Below, in pieces: positions 49,393 to 60,572 of a stretch of 64,000 nt of DNA. Each line of letters starts with the position of its first letter. Position 1 is the stretch's first letter. The translations under genes and the position numbers were made by a program. The stretch spans positions 14,977 to 78,976 of the forward strand of contig CAZTDH010000001.1 in assembly GCA_964612615.1 (NCBI GenBank), written 5' to 3'. The notes below the pieces were generated by a model. That model did not search any database. It saw nothing but the letters and a program-made list of their open reading frames with translations, and was not told where the DNA came from. The DNA is from an uncultured Paludibacter sp. (GTDB lineage Bacteria > Bacteroidota > Bacteroidia > Bacteroidales > Paludibacteraceae).

Positions 49393-51264
49393 ATGGAAGA
49401 AATAGAAATTACACAACAGGTTGATTATGGTGATAGCAACATTATCACCCTCGAAGGCCTCGAACATGTTCGTCGCCGCCCCGGTATGTATATCGGTAAG
49501 CTGGGCGATGGAACGCATGGCGACGATGGAATTTATGTGCTGCTGAAAGAAGTCCTCGACAACTGTATTGATGAGTACCGTATGGGTGCCGGAAAAAATG
49601 TGGAAGTAACCGTGAAGGACGGTCATGTAGAAGTACGCGACTATGGGCGTGGAATTCCGTTGGGCAAGATGATTGACGCGGTTTCCATTATGAATACAGG
49701 TGGTAAATACGATTCCAAAGCGTTTAAAAAATCCGTTGGGTTGAATGGTGTGGGTACAAAGGCTGTGAATGCACTTTCGTCCACTTTCGTTGTGCAAAGT
49801 TTCCGCGAGGGACAAAGCCGCCGTGCCGAATTCGTGCAAGGAAAACTCACCAAAGACAGCGAAATTTTTAATGATAACACCGACCGCGGAACGTATATTT
49901 ATTTCGTTCCTGACGAAACGCTTTTCACCGGTTATAAATATCAGGATGAGTTTATCGAAACCATGCTGCGCAATTATGCATACCTCAATACTGGCCTGAC
50001 AATCAACTTTAACGGAAAGAAAATTCTGTCGAAAAACGGCTTGCTCGACTTGCTGAACGAAAACCTGACATCCGACCCGCTCTATCCGATTATTCACCTC
50101 CGTGGCGAAGATATTGAAATTGCCTTTACACACAGCGACCAATATGGTGAGGAATATTACTCGTTTGTAAACGGTCAGCACACCACGCAGGGCGGTACGC
50201 ATCAAAGTGCTTTTCGTGAAGCCATTGCCCGTACTATAAAGGAATTCTACAATAAAAATCAGGAACTTACGGATATACGAAATGGAATTATTGCCGCGGT
50301 AGCTATCAGCGTGGAAGAACCCGTTTTCGAAAGCCAGACCAAAACCAAGCTCGGTTCGCGCGACATGTCGAAAGACGGTATTTCGGTGAATAAATTTATT
50401 TCCGATTTTCTGAAAAAAGAGCTCGACAACTACCTGCACCGCAACAGTGAAACGTCGGCAACACTGCTTCAGAAAATTCAAGATTCCGAAAAAGAGCGCA
50501 AAGCCATTGCCGGCGTTACCAAACTGGCGCGTGAACGTGCCAAGAAAGTGAATCTTCACAACAAAAAGCTCCGCGATTGCCGAGTTCATTTCAACGATAC
50601 CCCAACCAAAGACGAAGCAAAAAATACCGCGATTGAAAATTGCTGCATTTTTATTACCGAGGGTGATTCGGCGAGCGGTTCTATTACAAAAAGTCGCGAT
50701 GTGAATACACAAGCGGTCTTTAGCTTAAAAGGGAAGCCGCTGAACAGCTACGGACTAACCAAGAAAGTGGTTTACGAAAATGAAGAATTCAACCTGCTGC
50801 AAGCAGCGCTGAACATTGAAGATGGCGTTGAAAATCTACGTTACAACAAAGTGATTGTGGCCACCGATGCCGACGTAGACGGAATGCACATTCGATTGCT
50901 TCTGATAACCTTTTTCCTGCAGTTTTTCCCCGATTTGATTAAAAAAGGACACGTACATATATTGCAAACGCCACTTTTCAGGGTTCGGAGCAAGAAGGAA
51001 ACGTTCTATTGCTATTCTGAAGAAGAGCGTCTGTCGGCCATGGTAAAAGTAGGAGCGAATCCCGAAATTACCCGATTTAAAGGTCTTGGTGAGATTTCGC
51101 CTGACGAATTTAAGCACTTTATCGGAAAAGACATGCGCCTCGATCAGGTAACGCTGAAAAAAGAAGATGCCGTGCAGGATTTGCTTTCGTTCTATATGGG
51201 TAAAAACACTTCCGAACGTCAGAACTTTATCATCGATAATCTGGTGGTGGAAGAAGACGTGTAA
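49393..51264 (+). CDS. parE: DNA topoisomerase IV subunit B (Bacteroidetes type)
   Basis: [62 protein letters not shown]. Confidence 0.93.
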   Translation: MEEIEITQQVDYGDSNIITLEGLEHVRRRPGMYIGKLGDGTHGDDGIYVLLKEVLDNCIDEYRMGAGKNVEVTVKDGHVEVRDYGRGIPLGKMIDAVSIMNTGGKYDSKAFKKSVGLNGVGTKAVNALSSTFVVQSFREGQSRRAEFVQGKLTKDSEIFNDNTDRGTYIYFVPDETLFTGYKYQDEFIETMLRNYAYLNTGLTINFNGKKILSKNGLLDLLNENLTSDPLYPIIHLRGEDIEIAFTHSDQYGEEYYSFVNGQHTTQGGTHQSAFREAIARTIKEFYNKNQELTDIRNGIIAAVAISVEEPVFESQTKTKLGSRDMSKDGISVNKFISDFLKKELDNYLHRNSETSATLLQKIQDSEKERKAIAGVTKLARERAKKVNLHNKKLRDCRVHFNDTPTKDEAKNTAIENCCIFITEGDSASGSITKSRDVNTQAVFSLKGKPLNSYGLTKKVVYENEEFNLLQAALNIEDGVENLRYNKVIVATDADVDGMHIRLLLITFFLQFFPDLIKKGHVHILQTPLFRVRSKKETFYCYSEEERLSAMVKVGANPEITRFKGLGEISPDEFKHFIGKDMRLDQVTLKKEDAVQDLLSFYMGKNTSERQNFIIDNLVVEEDV

Positions 51265-51320
51265 TTAATTCTAATGAATTGAAAAACAAAAACAAATATA
51301 AATTTTAATCTATAACTGAA

Positions 51321-52259
51321 ATGAAGGATATGGAAATTCAATTTGACAACGAAGAACAGGAAAACATTGTAGAAACAAATGACGTTTTAATAAATGATGG
51401 CTTTAGTGATTTTAAAAATAGATTTAAACTTTTAGCTAGCAAGAATCAATATTTAGTTGTTAACACTCTATCTAATATATTTACTATGAGGTTAATCGGT
51501 AATAAAACCCATGGTGATTTAGCCGAAATTGGAATCGTAGAATTTATAAATCAATTCATGTATGATTTTCAAAGTATTCATGTTGGTAAAGATTTATTTC
51601 GAGCAAAAGAACACGAAGAAGATATTGTTATTATTAACGAATTAACTCAAAATAAGTTTCCTGTAAGTCTAAAGGCATACGGAGATGGTCCTTTACAATT
51701 ATCCACTGATAGTGATCAAAAAATGTTTCCTTTTCTAGAATCAAAAGGTAAAGATATTGTTGATAAAGAGATAATATCTGAGATTTTTGAATCCGATGCA
51801 TTTTCAGAATTTGGGAATATAAATGTAATGCCTTTGATTTATGATGAGAAAAAGCAAAGTTGCAACATAATGATTTTTGATCACATTAAGGCAAAAAGAA
51901 ATACTGCAAGAATTGTTTATGTGAATAAGAATGAACGTTTTGAAGTTAGTTCAATGCAAGTGATTCCTGGGAAGGGAAGAACTCACCCAATTTTTATGTT
52001 TGTGGATTCAAAAGGAAATTATATCTGTGAAGTTCGCTATGGTGGAGCATCTGCCAATGCTCTTCAAAGAGGTTTTTGGACACATACAAAGAATGCTTTA
52101 CCATATTTTGATAGCTTGACTAATGGTTGGATTGATTATTCTCATAACCACACTTTGGTTAAACTGTTTAGACTGGCATTAAATAGTACAGAAGAAGGAC
52201 ATGCTGAAGCAAACATAATTTTACAGAAAGATATAGATAAATTTAAAACAAAAAAATGA
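51321..52259 (+). CDS. Putative type II restriction endonuclease
   Basis: PD-(D/E)xK-like pattern (HGDLAE...EEDIV...VSLKAYG); 4-nt overlap with the downstream methyltransferase; AT-rich. Confidence 0.65.
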   Translation: MKDMEIQFDNEEQENIVETNDVLINDGFSDFKNRFKLLASKNQYLVVNTLSNIFTMRLIGNKTHGDLAEIGIVEFINQFMYDFQSIHVGKDLFRAKEHEEDIVIINELTQNKFPVSLKAYGDGPLQLSTDSDQKMFPFLESKGKDIVDKEIISEIFESDAFSEFGNINVMPLIYDEKKQSCNIMIFDHIKAKRNTARIVYVNKNERFEVSSMQVIPGKGRTHPIFMFVDSKGNYICEVRYGGASANALQRGFWTHTKNALPYFDSLTNGWIDYSHNHTLVKLFRLALNSTEEGHAEANIILQKDIDKFKTKK

Positions 52260-53371
52260 TACAACAACAACTAGATATTTTCGGTAACTTAAAAATAGAG
52301 GACATTAAAACAGAGGGAATTAAATATGCTGGTTCAAAGCTTAAAATTATACCCTACATTCTTGAAATAATGTCTCAACTTGACGATGTTGAAAATGTTC
52401 TTGATGGTTTTAGTGGAACTACAAGAGTTTCACAGGCATTCGGTAAAATTGGTTATAATACAACTGCAAATGATATTTCTGCTTGGTCAGAAGTTTTCGG
52501 AACATGTTATTTGAAATCACAAGGTTCGGATAAATACTATCAAGAGATAATTAATCACTTAAATGGTTTAGAAGGCTATGATGGTTGGTTTACTGAAAAT
52601 TATGGTGGGGAAGTGGCTCAGTTAAAAAGACCATTTCAGGCTAAAAACACAAGAAAATTAGATGCAATTCGAGAAGAAATTGAACGTTTAAATCTCTGTT
52701 GGGAAGACAAATGCGTTTTGTTAACAAGTCTAATCTATTCATTAGATTCGGTTGACAGTACATTAGGGCATTATGTGGCATACTTATCCGAATGGTCTCC
52801 TAGATCTTACAAAGATTTAAAATTAAAATTACCTATGCGTTTTCCATTAATAAGTGACAATAAGGTAATTAGAGGTGATATTTTTGATACAATTTCAAAA
52901 AACGAATATGATTTTGTATACTTTGATCCACCCTACGGTTCAAATAATGAAAAAATGCCACCAAGCCGAGTTCGGTATAATTCATATTATCATATTTGGA
53001 CAACTGTAATTCAGAATGACAAACCAACAATTTTTGGAAAAGCCAATCGTCGAGAAGATTCAAGAGATACTGTTGATGGTTCTGTTTTTGAGGAATTTAG
53101 AAAAGATGCTGATGGTCATTTTATTGCAATGAAAGCCTTAGGTGAATTAATAAAAAAAACCAAATCTCATTATATTTTACTGTCGTATAGTTCAGGTGGT
53201 AGAGCTACAAAAGGTGAATTAAATGATATTATTTCAGAATCTGGCAAACTTCTTCGAGCTGTTGAGATTGATTACAAGAAGAATGTAATGGGAAATATGC
53301 GTTGGACTAATGAATGGATTAATAGTGATGGTAAGTATCACGAATATCTATTTTTAATGGAAAAGTACTAA
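52256..53371 (+). CDS. N6-adenine DNA methyltransferase (D12/Dam-like alpha class)
   Basis: IKYAGSKLKI, motif I LDGFSGTTRVS, motif IV YFDPPY, ILLSYS. Confidence 0.9.
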   Translation: MIQQQLDIFGNLKIEDIKTEGIKYAGSKLKIIPYILEIMSQLDDVENVLDGFSGTTRVSQAFGKIGYNTTANDISAWSEVFGTCYLKSQGSDKYYQEIINHLNGLEGYDGWFTENYGGEVAQLKRPFQAKNTRKLDAIREEIERLNLCWEDKCVLLTSLIYSLDSVDSTLGHYVAYLSEWSPRSYKDLKLKLPMRFPLISDNKVIRGDIFDTISKNEYDFVYFDPPYGSNNEKMPPSRVRYNSYYHIWTTVIQNDKPTIFGKANRREDSRDTVDGSVFEEFRKDADGHFIAMKALGELIKKTKSHYILLSYSSGGRATKGELNDIISESGKLLRAVEIDYKKNVMGNMRWTNEWINSDGKYHEYLFLMEKY

Positions 53372-53374
53372 TTT

Positions 53375-53848
53375 ATGCCCATTCCCTACTACTCCGAAGA
53401 CGATTCCAAAGACAGCAATCCTGACCTGTATTTTATGAAGCAGGCTTTGCAGGAGGCGCTGAAAGCTGCTGCCCGCGATGAAGTGCCTATCGGTGCAGTA
53501 GTGGTGTGTCAGGGGCGAATCATAGCACGTTGTCATAACCTCACCGAAACACTTACCGACGTAACCGCTCATGCCGAAATGCAGGCCATAACAGCTGCTG
53601 CACAGTTTCTAGGAGGAAAATACCTGACTGATTGTACACTTTATGTTACTATGGAACCCTGTGTGATGTGTGCCGGAGCATTGGGTTGGTCGCAGATAAG
53701 CCGCGTGGTGTATGGTGCTGAAGATGTGAAACGTGGTTTCCGACGCTTTGCACCTGCTGCCCTTCACCCAAAAACCGAAGTGGTTTGGGGAGTGATGGAA
53801 GATGAATGCAGCCGAATCGTAACTGAATTTTTCAAGAAGAAACGCTAA
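53375..53848 (+). CDS. tadA: tRNA-specific adenosine deaminase
   Basis: EVPIGAVVV, TAHAEM, LYVTMEPCVMCAGA. Confidence 0.88.
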   Translation: MPIPYYSEDDSKDSNPDLYFMKQALQEALKAAARDEVPIGAVVVCQGRIIARCHNLTETLTDVTAHAEMQAITAAAQFLGGKYLTDCTLYVTMEPCVMCAGALGWSQISRVVYGAEDVKRGFRRFAPAALHPKTEVVWGVMEDECSRIVTEFFKKKR

Positions 53849-54165
53849 ATTAAATCGCTTAAATACATTCTGCAGTGTTTTCTTCAATATTAGTACTCCG
53901 TTCAAAATAGTCTTGATAATTTTCAATTCTTACTCCTTTTTCTGACTCTCAGATTCTAACAAATACTCAAAATCACCACACATTCAATTATAATTTCCTG
54001 CAATATTGCGTTAATAATTTAAATTTTGACGCTATTTTCGTTTTTTTTGTATTCTTTTGTGTTTAAACTTAACTCAAATAGTATTCATTGCAATGCAAAT
54101 AACAATTAATTTACTAAGACTTTAGTAACCGATTTTGCATTCCTAATTAATTAAGGAATAGGGAT

Positions 54166-55014
54166 ATGAAAAAAAATACATTATTTATAATTGTTTTAAT
54201 TCTTATCATTATAGTAATTAAGACACAAGCTCAAATCATTAATGGTAACTTTGAGTCTGGTCGCAATTCAGGATGGACTGAATATTCTTCAAAAAATTAT
54301 ACTCTGATAGCAACCGGTTCTGCATTTAATTCCACCGAAATCAGCCCAACAGTTTATCCTCGTTCAGGTTCATACATGGCCAGAATTGGCGGATCAGAGA
54401 TGGAGATAAACTCAATTTCACAAGTTTATAAATTACCAAATGTCAAACCATTATATCTTGTATTTTATGCTCAAACACGGAGTTCAACAGGAACAGATTG
54501 TGCAGGTGTTTGGGTTGGAGCAAAAATTTCTATATTTGTAAACAATCAATTGATTACATCAACCTATCTGTGTAAATATAACGACATCAATCAATGGACT
54601 CAATACTATATTGACATGAGTGCTATTGCAGGCGAAACTACACAAATAATTTTTCAGGCTGAGTCAGCAGGAATTTTCTGGTCTTATTTTTATATTGATG
54701 ATGTGAGTATTTCTTCATATACAGACACCAAAGAAGTGCATGCCAGTAATGCCAGCATTGAACTTGAACAGAATTATCCAAACCCGTTTATTAAGACGAC
54801 CAAATTTAAATACTCTATTCTCAAAGATCAATTTGTTTCTCTTAAAGTTTATGATTTAATTGGTAATGAGATATCTACAATTGTCAATGAGATGAAGACA
54901 GCCGGAACTTATGAAGTGGAATGGAATGCTTTAAATCTGAGAAGTGGAATTTATTTATATAAATTGAATACCGGAACTTCTGAAGTTACCAAAAGACTTG
55001 TTTTAATAAGATAA
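54166..55014 (+). CDS. Secreted beta-sandwich protein with T9SS type A CTD
   Basis: Signal peptide, INGNFESG..GW..YIDDVSI, CTD LEQNYPNPF..LKVYDLIG..SGIYLYKL. Confidence 0.8.
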   Translation: MKKNTLFIIVLILIIIVIKTQAQIINGNFESGRNSGWTEYSSKNYTLIATGSAFNSTEISPTVYPRSGSYMARIGGSEMEINSISQVYKLPNVKPLYLVFYAQTRSSTGTDCAGVWVGAKISIFVNNQLITSTYLCKYNDINQWTQYYIDMSAIAGETTQIIFQAESAGIFWSYFYIDDVSISSYTDTKEVHASNASIELEQNYPNPFIKTTKFKYSILKDQFVSLKVYDLIGNEISTIVNEMKTAGTYEVEWNALNLRSGIYLYKLNTGTSEVTKRLVLIR

Positions 55015-55031
55015 AATGCTGAAATTCTAAT

Positions 55032-56147
55032 TTAGTATTTCAAATTTATCACCACAATTTCCGATTGCGTACCAATACGGTATTGTGGTCCCCAAAGACC
55101 AAGTCCGGACGAAACATAGTAATTCGTTTTTCCTTTTTTCATGTAACCGTAACCAAGTTCATACATACGTTTCACAATAAACTGACCCGGAAAAAACTGT
55201 CCGTTATGCGTATGTCCTGAGATTTGCAAATCCACACCGTTTTCCTCGGCTTCGTGTAGATTAAACGGCTGATGATCAAGCAAAATGATAGGTTTGCTTT
55301 GGTCTAAGCTGCTTACCAATTCATTGAGTTCTTTGCGCTGATGATTGGTTTTATCGTCCCTACCAACCACATAAAAATCCTTACCAATCATAACCGACTG
55401 GTCGCGAAGGTAAACGATTCCGGATTTCTTCAGATAATCGGCTGCAGCATTTATAGTTTCGGCATAGAATTCGTGATTACCACTAATGGCATATACACCG
55501 AGCGGCGCTTTTATGGTGCGCAATTCTTCGTCCATGTGCTGATTGATAACAGGTACAATAGAGCGGTCGGTTATATCGCCGGCCAGTAAAACGATATCAG
55601 GATGCTGATCGTTAATTAGTTGAACATACTTTTTAAGCATGATTTTATCGATTGTTATTCCCAAATGAATATCGCTGGCAGCAACAATTTTCAGCGTTTT
55701 GTTTTGTAAAGGCTTTTCTACAGAAAGATTCAGTGTAACTATTTTGGGATGTTTGAAATTATAGTTTCCGTAAATCAAAGCTATAAATGTAACCCCAAAG
55801 GTTGCCATCAATGCCCAAAAGCGAAATGCAACCATCCCCGCAGGTGCAAAGCCGATAAAATAATTGGCAATGCGTGCCACATCTACTGCCAGAAAACTCA
55901 TAAAAAGATAAGCTACAATGATAAAATAGGTAAATCCGGTGAGACTAATAACTTTAGCAAAATAATGAGGCAACAAATGTCCGAAAATCATCCCGCCCAT
56001 CATGCACAAAAACATAATCAAAGCAACAACCAGAAATATAGTCCTCGAGATGGAAGTAGATGGAAGTGCCTGCCATCCCCGCCAAAGCACATAACCATTT
56101 AAAAGAGTAATTATTGAAAATGCAACCAGTGCAAAACCTAATTTCAT
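55032..56147 (-). CDS. Membrane-anchored metallophosphoesterase (YkuE/YaeI-like)
   Basis: N-terminal TM helices; SDIHLG, AGDITD, GNHE, LDHQP, SGHTHNGQ. Confidence 0.92.
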   Translation of the reverse strand: MKLGFALVAFSIITLLNGYVLWRGWQALPSTSISRTIFLVVALIMFLCMMGGMIFGHLLPHYFAKVISLTGFTYFIIVAYLFMSFLAVDVARIANYFIGFAPAGMVAFRFWALMATFGVTFIALIYGNYNFKHPKIVTLNLSVEKPLQNKTLKIVAASDIHLGITIDKIMLKKYVQLINDQHPDIVLLAGDITDRSIVPVINQHMDEELRTIKAPLGVYAISGNHEFYAETINAAADYLKKSGIVYLRDQSVMIGKDFYVVGRDDKTNHQRKELNELVSSLDQSKPIILLDHQPFNLHEAEENGVDLQISGHTHNGQFFPGQFIVKRMYELGYGYMKKGKTNYYVSSGLGLWGPQYRIGTQSEIVVINLKY

Positions 56148-56369
56148 ATTGTTTTAAAATTATTGATAAATTGAATTAGTTATCGGGAAATTAAACGTTT
56201 AAAATTTGAAATTGTTTTAAATAACAACTTCTCCCAATAAAATCATTCAAAAATAATCAATTATTAAAGCATTAGCTCAGTTTGGAGATTCAAACTTTGG
56301 GTTTTTGGTAACTTTTAGGGAGAATTAGGATTTGTGGTCAAAAGCGAAGTAAAAGACTGAAGTTAATCG

Positions 56370-58019
56370 TCAATAGGTAAATCCGAGCTTTGTCAATCCG
56401 GTCTGTACGTTTTGATTTTGCATAAACAGATTCCAGAGCAATCCGGTGCGATAGTTTTCAATCATCACCACGATAGGTCCCTGATCAATAGCCAAAAACG
56501 AATCGGCAAACCAGTGTGAATTCAGATTGAATGCATCTGTAAAGCCATAATTTCCCCAAATTTTATCGCCAATTGTGTAGTAAAAGAAATGTAGTGCCTG
56601 CATGCTTTCCACCGGAGTGTATGGAAAAGATGAAAGGGCTGCTGTCGGGGCTATAACACCCACATCGTTAGTTGGTGATGATGCGGTGTAGCTGTTTTGT
56701 ATATCACTGGCAGTGAGTCCCCAGCAATTGGCACTATAGCCGAAGTATCGACGGGGATTGGCAACACAATAACTGTAATTTATTCGGGCATGAGCTGTGT
56801 TTTGAGTCCAATAATTGGCATAGGCGTCTGATAAATGGCGCGGATCGAGACCAAGAAACGAATAGTGAGCAAAGAACATTGGACCACCATAATCTTCGCC
56901 CAGCAGTAGCTTATTTCCATAAAAAGTTTTTCCATTTTTAATTGCTCCGTTTCGTGCAAACCCATTGTCGTAGACCGATTTAGTGATGGAATGTGTAGGC
57001 GATGAAGCTGCCAGTACATAAATAATTAAACCTTCATTCCAACCTGTAACGGGCATATTCATGTCCCAATTATAAGTTGGTGACCAGTGCCAGTATAGCT
57101 TTTGCTGTCCGCCTTGCTGAAACCAGTCCCATTCAACGTTTTCCCACAGAGTTTCTATATTTTGACACAAGGTTTGTTCGGCTGAATTGCCATTTTTGAA
57201 ATAAGATTGAACGGTGAGTAGCCCCTGCATAAAAAACGCTGTTTCCACAAGGTCAGCACCATTATCTTTCGTACGGAATGGAATCACTTTGCCCGTAGTA
57301 CCATTCATCCAGTGCGGAAAAGCTCCATGAAATTTATCAGTAGTGGAAAGATTGAGGAAACTTACAATTTTATTCATTCGTGCAAGTCCTTCAGCACGCG
57401 TAATGAAGCCCCGCTGTATTGCAACCGGAATGGTCATGATACCAAATCCCGAACCGCCAAAAGTAACAATATCGCCTGAATTAAGTCGTTCGCGGGCAAG
57501 ACCTGAAGTGGGGTGACCGTAATCCCAAAAGAATTTAAAAGTTTGTTTCTGAACGAGTGTCAGTAATTCGTCATCCGTAATTTGGGGGAATTTGGGGGTG
57601 GTATCCAGTTTGGTAACAAATGAAAACTGAAAAGAATCAATGAGTTTTACTCCCAGATTTTCACCATTGGCCAAATAAAGGGTGTAAGTAGAATAATAGT
57701 TTAATGGTTTTCGAATGCGGAAATTCAATTGTTTTGAAGCCGTATCAGTCAGAAATACATAGGAAGTATCAATGCCGCTGCTTATATAAAGTTTTGTTGG
57801 GTCAATCTTCTTTTTGTCAATAGCAGTATTAAAAACAATACGAATCACCACCGAATCAGTCGGTATATTATATACATTTTCGCCATTATACACTGAATAG
57901 CCATTAATGCTGACTTGTTCTATGTAAGCATTAGTAAGATGTATCGGCTCAGAATCCTGTTTGCATGACGACAGACTTGACAGAAAGATAAAAACAAGTA
58001 TGGCTAATTTTAATTTCAT
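56370..58019 (-). CDS. GH144 endo-beta-1,2-glucanase lipoprotein with N-terminal Ig-like domain
   Basis: Lipobox SSC; FFWDYGHPTSGLARER, GGSGFG, DLVETAF, GWNEGLI, FAHYSFLGLDP, LAIDQGPIVVMIENYRTGLLW. Confidence 0.88.
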   Translation of the reverse strand: MKLKLAILVFIFLSSLSSCKQDSEPIHLTNAYIEQVSINGYSVYNGENVYNIPTDSVVIRIVFNTAIDKKKIDPTKLYISSGIDTSYVFLTDTASKQLNFRIRKPLNYYSTYTLYLANGENLGVKLIDSFQFSFVTKLDTTPKFPQITDDELLTLVQKQTFKFFWDYGHPTSGLARERLNSGDIVTFGGSGFGIMTIPVAIQRGFITRAEGLARMNKIVSFLNLSTTDKFHGAFPHWMNGTTGKVIPFRTKDNGADLVETAFFMQGLLTVQSYFKNGNSAEQTLCQNIETLWENVEWDWFQQGGQQKLYWHWSPTYNWDMNMPVTGWNEGLIIYVLAASSPTHSITKSVYDNGFARNGAIKNGKTFYGNKLLLGEDYGGPMFFAHYSFLGLDPRHLSDAYANYWTQNTAHARINYSYCVANPRRYFGYSANCWGLTASDIQNSYTASSPTNDVGVIAPTAALSSFPYTPVESMQALHFFYYTIGDKIWGNYGFTDAFNLNSHWFADSFLAIDQGPIVVMIENYRTGLLWNLFMQNQNVQTGLTKLGFTY

Positions 58020-58097
58020 TTTCGAAGGTCCGGTTTGTTGACTGTATTTGATTGTAAAACGGGATTCAACTGCCTATTGTTTAACTGTAAAATTAAA

Positions 58098-58132
58098 AAA
58101 CTGTAGGTAGATAATTTACCTACCTACAGTTT
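58098..58132 (-). terminator. Intrinsic terminator or attenuating hairpin within the beta-1,2-glucan PUL
   Basis: AAACTGTAGGTAG / CTACCTACAGTTT, 13-bp stem with a T-run on the minus strand. Confidence 0.7.
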
Positions 58133-58166
58133 ATTTTATAGTGTTATCAAAGCTAAGCGTTTCTGA

Positions 58167-59045
58167 TTATCTACCAGCTTTTTCAAGTTCGTACAATGCA
58201 CCTATGTCAGAAAGAATCAATGCACGCTTCCAAACTCTGATTTCGTCGAGTTGACCAACCAAGCCTGTGTTCCATGAATCGGTAGTTGTTCCATTTGCAA
58301 ACGTTTCGAAAGCTCCAATAATAGGATGAGTTGGAGTAGTGATTGCAAATGTTTGTCCGGCAGCACCTCTTTGTTCCCAAACAGGATTAGAAATTTTCAC
58401 GCCATTCACATAAATTTTAGCCAAACGGGTTGTGTTATCCCATGTGTAAACTGCATGTGCCCATTTGCCACCAATTTTATTTGGATAAGCAATATGACCT
58501 GCAGCTAAATCTGCTGCATTTGCTGCTACCGTGTTACGGGTATCTTGCCAACCTAAATCGGTGCTTGAAACGATTAAACCTTTCACAGTTAAACTGTCGC
58601 TTGTAGCTTTCATCCAGCCAGTTTCAGACATAAAGTTAATGTTTCCTGCCCATTCATTAGGTCTGGATAAAGAAAAAATAACAGATCCGGTACTTCCGTT
58701 ATTTGTAAGTTTTATCCACGCACTAATAGTAAATCCTGTTTGTAAATTTGCACCTAAATTAGCAATAGTGTTATAAGTCAGGAAGCCAACATTAAAACTG
58801 GCAGCTTGTCCTTTTACACCATCAGTCCAGGTAACGTTTTTACTGTTGGCAGGAGCTGCACTCGATAATGATTCGATTCCATTTCCATTCAATGGCCAAT
58901 AAGCTACCAAATCAGATTTTGCCACTTCGTCGGCAGAATTGTAACCGCCAATTGGAGGTAGAGGTTCGTCTTTAGCTTTACAACCGATAAGACTTACTGC
59001 CATTGCAGCTACAACCAACATACTAAATAATTTTGTTGTTTTCAT
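58167..59045 (-). CDS. LamG/concanavalin-like surface glycan-binding lipoprotein
   Basis: Lipobox LIGC, LVAYWPLNGN, FTISAWIK, WAHAVYTWD, GQLDEIRVWKRAL; directly after susD. Confidence 0.85.
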   Translation of the reverse strand: MKTTKLFSMLVVAAMAVSLIGCKAKDEPLPPIGGYNSADEVAKSDLVAYWPLNGNGIESLSSAAPANSKNVTWTDGVKGQAASFNVGFLTYNTIANLGANLQTGFTISAWIKLTNNGSTGSVIFSLSRPNEWAGNINFMSETGWMKATSDSLTVKGLIVSSTDLGWQDTRNTVAANAADLAAGHIAYPNKIGGKWAHAVYTWDNTTRLAKIYVNGVKISNPVWEQRGAAGQTFAITTPTHPIIGAFETFANGTTTDSWNTGLVGQLDEIRVWKRALILSDIGALYELEKAGR

Positions 59046-59109
59046 TTTTTTGATTTTTTTAAAGTTAATAATTAAATTGTTTGTTTATAAAATTGATTAA
59101 TAAAAATGA

Positions 59110-60558
59110 TTAATAATTTGGATTTTGGGTTAACATGCCTTTGCTTAATGTAATTTGTTCTTCCGGAATGGGAAATAATTCGTGTTTACCTGTAATAAAC
59201 ACCTGACCTACAGCCGACATTGCTGTTGATGCTTGACCTGTCCGAACAATATCGAACCAACGGTCGTGTTCCATAGCCATTTCCAGGCGACGTTCTTTAT
59301 AAATCTGAGGCAAAGTCACGGTAGTTAATGTGTCTAATCCGGCTCTGGTACGGATTTTATTCACCTGCTTCAATGCCTCACCGGTATTTCCAATCTGGAA
59401 AGCCGACTCGGCTCTTATGAGCAGTACATCGCTGTATTTAAGCAGTCTGACATTCTTGGCTGTTTCGCCTTTATTGTCGTCCCAGGTCTCTGCTGTTCTG
59501 CTCTGATAAGCCTTGTAATTATACCTTGGATTCGTCCATCCTGTTGTTGGAGTTTGAAAACCATCCCACAGGACTTGTCCGGTAAATATGATTGTGGCTG
59601 CACGTCTTTTATCGCCTGACTCGTAAGCATTGGCCAGATTCACTGTTGGAGTGTTGAATCCCCATCCATAATCCGGCGTACCGCGACCGCTTTGAACATC
59701 GGTATAACCCTGAACGCCTTTTCCAAGGGTTGCCTGAATTTCAAAAAGCGATTCCAGACCATTTTCACCCACTTCGCGCCAAACATCCCCATAATTTGGT
59801 AGCAAACTATATTGCTTACTGTCAATTACATTACCGGCCATGCTAAAAGCATTGTTCCATTTTTCCTGATACAGGTAAACCTTTGACAGGAGACCTTGTG
59901 CTGCGCCTTTCGTAGCCCGACCCACATCGGCACTTCCATATTTAAGCGGTAGTACAACAATTGCTTCATTTAAATCTTTCTCAATTTGAGTATAGGTTTC
60001 TGCCTTCGTTTTGCGGGTATAAACCACCTGATTGACCAATTCCTCGTTCTTGAAATCTATTTTATCGGCAACAACAGGCACTCCGCCAAAGCAGCGAACC
60101 AAATCGAAATAAAACATGGCACGCAGGAATTTTAATTCGCCAATATAACGGGCTTTTAAACCTGCTTCTAAATCTACTTGCCCGAGGTAATAAATACCTT
60201 CATTGCATCTGTAAATACCAGCATAGCGTTGTTTCCAAATGTCGTTGAACGAACGCAGAGTTGGGTCAAATGCCAGATTATCAAGTTTATCCTTATCTGT
60301 TCCGGCATCTCCCGAAGAAGATCCTTTGTCGCCGTCGTCGGACGTAATACTTGTCATACCAATCCATGCAAATGAATACATTTCGAAATTCAGCATTTGA
60401 TTATAAGCTGAGTTTACAACTTCTGAAGCATATCTCCCGTTTGACAGGAAATCATCTTTGGATATTTTGTCCTGTGGTAAAACATTTAAATCGCTTTCAC
60501 AGGCATTGAACAGCAATATGCCGAGCGTCAAAATCAATATCGTTTTAATAGTTTTCAT
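59110..60558 (-). CDS. susD: SusD/RagB-like lipoprotein
   Basis: Lipobox FNAC, GELKFLRAMFYFDLVRCFGGVP, ERRLEMAMEHDRWFDIVR, QNPNY. Confidence 0.96.
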   Translation of the reverse strand: MKTIKTILILTLGILLFNACESDLNVLPQDKISKDDFLSNGRYASEVVNSAYNQMLNFEMYSFAWIGMTSITSDDGDKGSSSGDAGTDKDKLDNLAFDPTLRSFNDIWKQRYAGIYRCNEGIYYLGQVDLEAGLKARYIGELKFLRAMFYFDLVRCFGGVPVVADKIDFKNEELVNQVVYTRKTKAETYTQIEKDLNEAIVVLPLKYGSADVGRATKGAAQGLLSKVYLYQEKWNNAFSMAGNVIDSKQYSLLPNYGDVWREVGENGLESLFEIQATLGKGVQGYTDVQSGRGTPDYGWGFNTPTVNLANAYESGDKRRAATIIFTGQVLWDGFQTPTTGWTNPRYNYKAYQSRTAETWDDNKGETAKNVRLLKYSDVLLIRAESAFQIGNTGEALKQVNKIRTRAGLDTLTTVTLPQIYKERRLEMAMEHDRWFDIVRTGQASTAMSAVGQVFITGKHELFPIPEEQITLSKGMLTQNPNY

Positions 60559-60572
60559 TATTCCTCAAATTT

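Noticed and set aside
49372-50712. 446-aa minus-strand ORF
   Set aside because: Antisense shadow of parE with no recognisable motifs; explained by codon bias of the real gene.
53375-53848. Deaminase next to the R-M pair as part of a defence system
   Set aside because: It looks like ordinary housekeeping TadA, and its base composition resembles parE rather than the AT-rich R-M genes.
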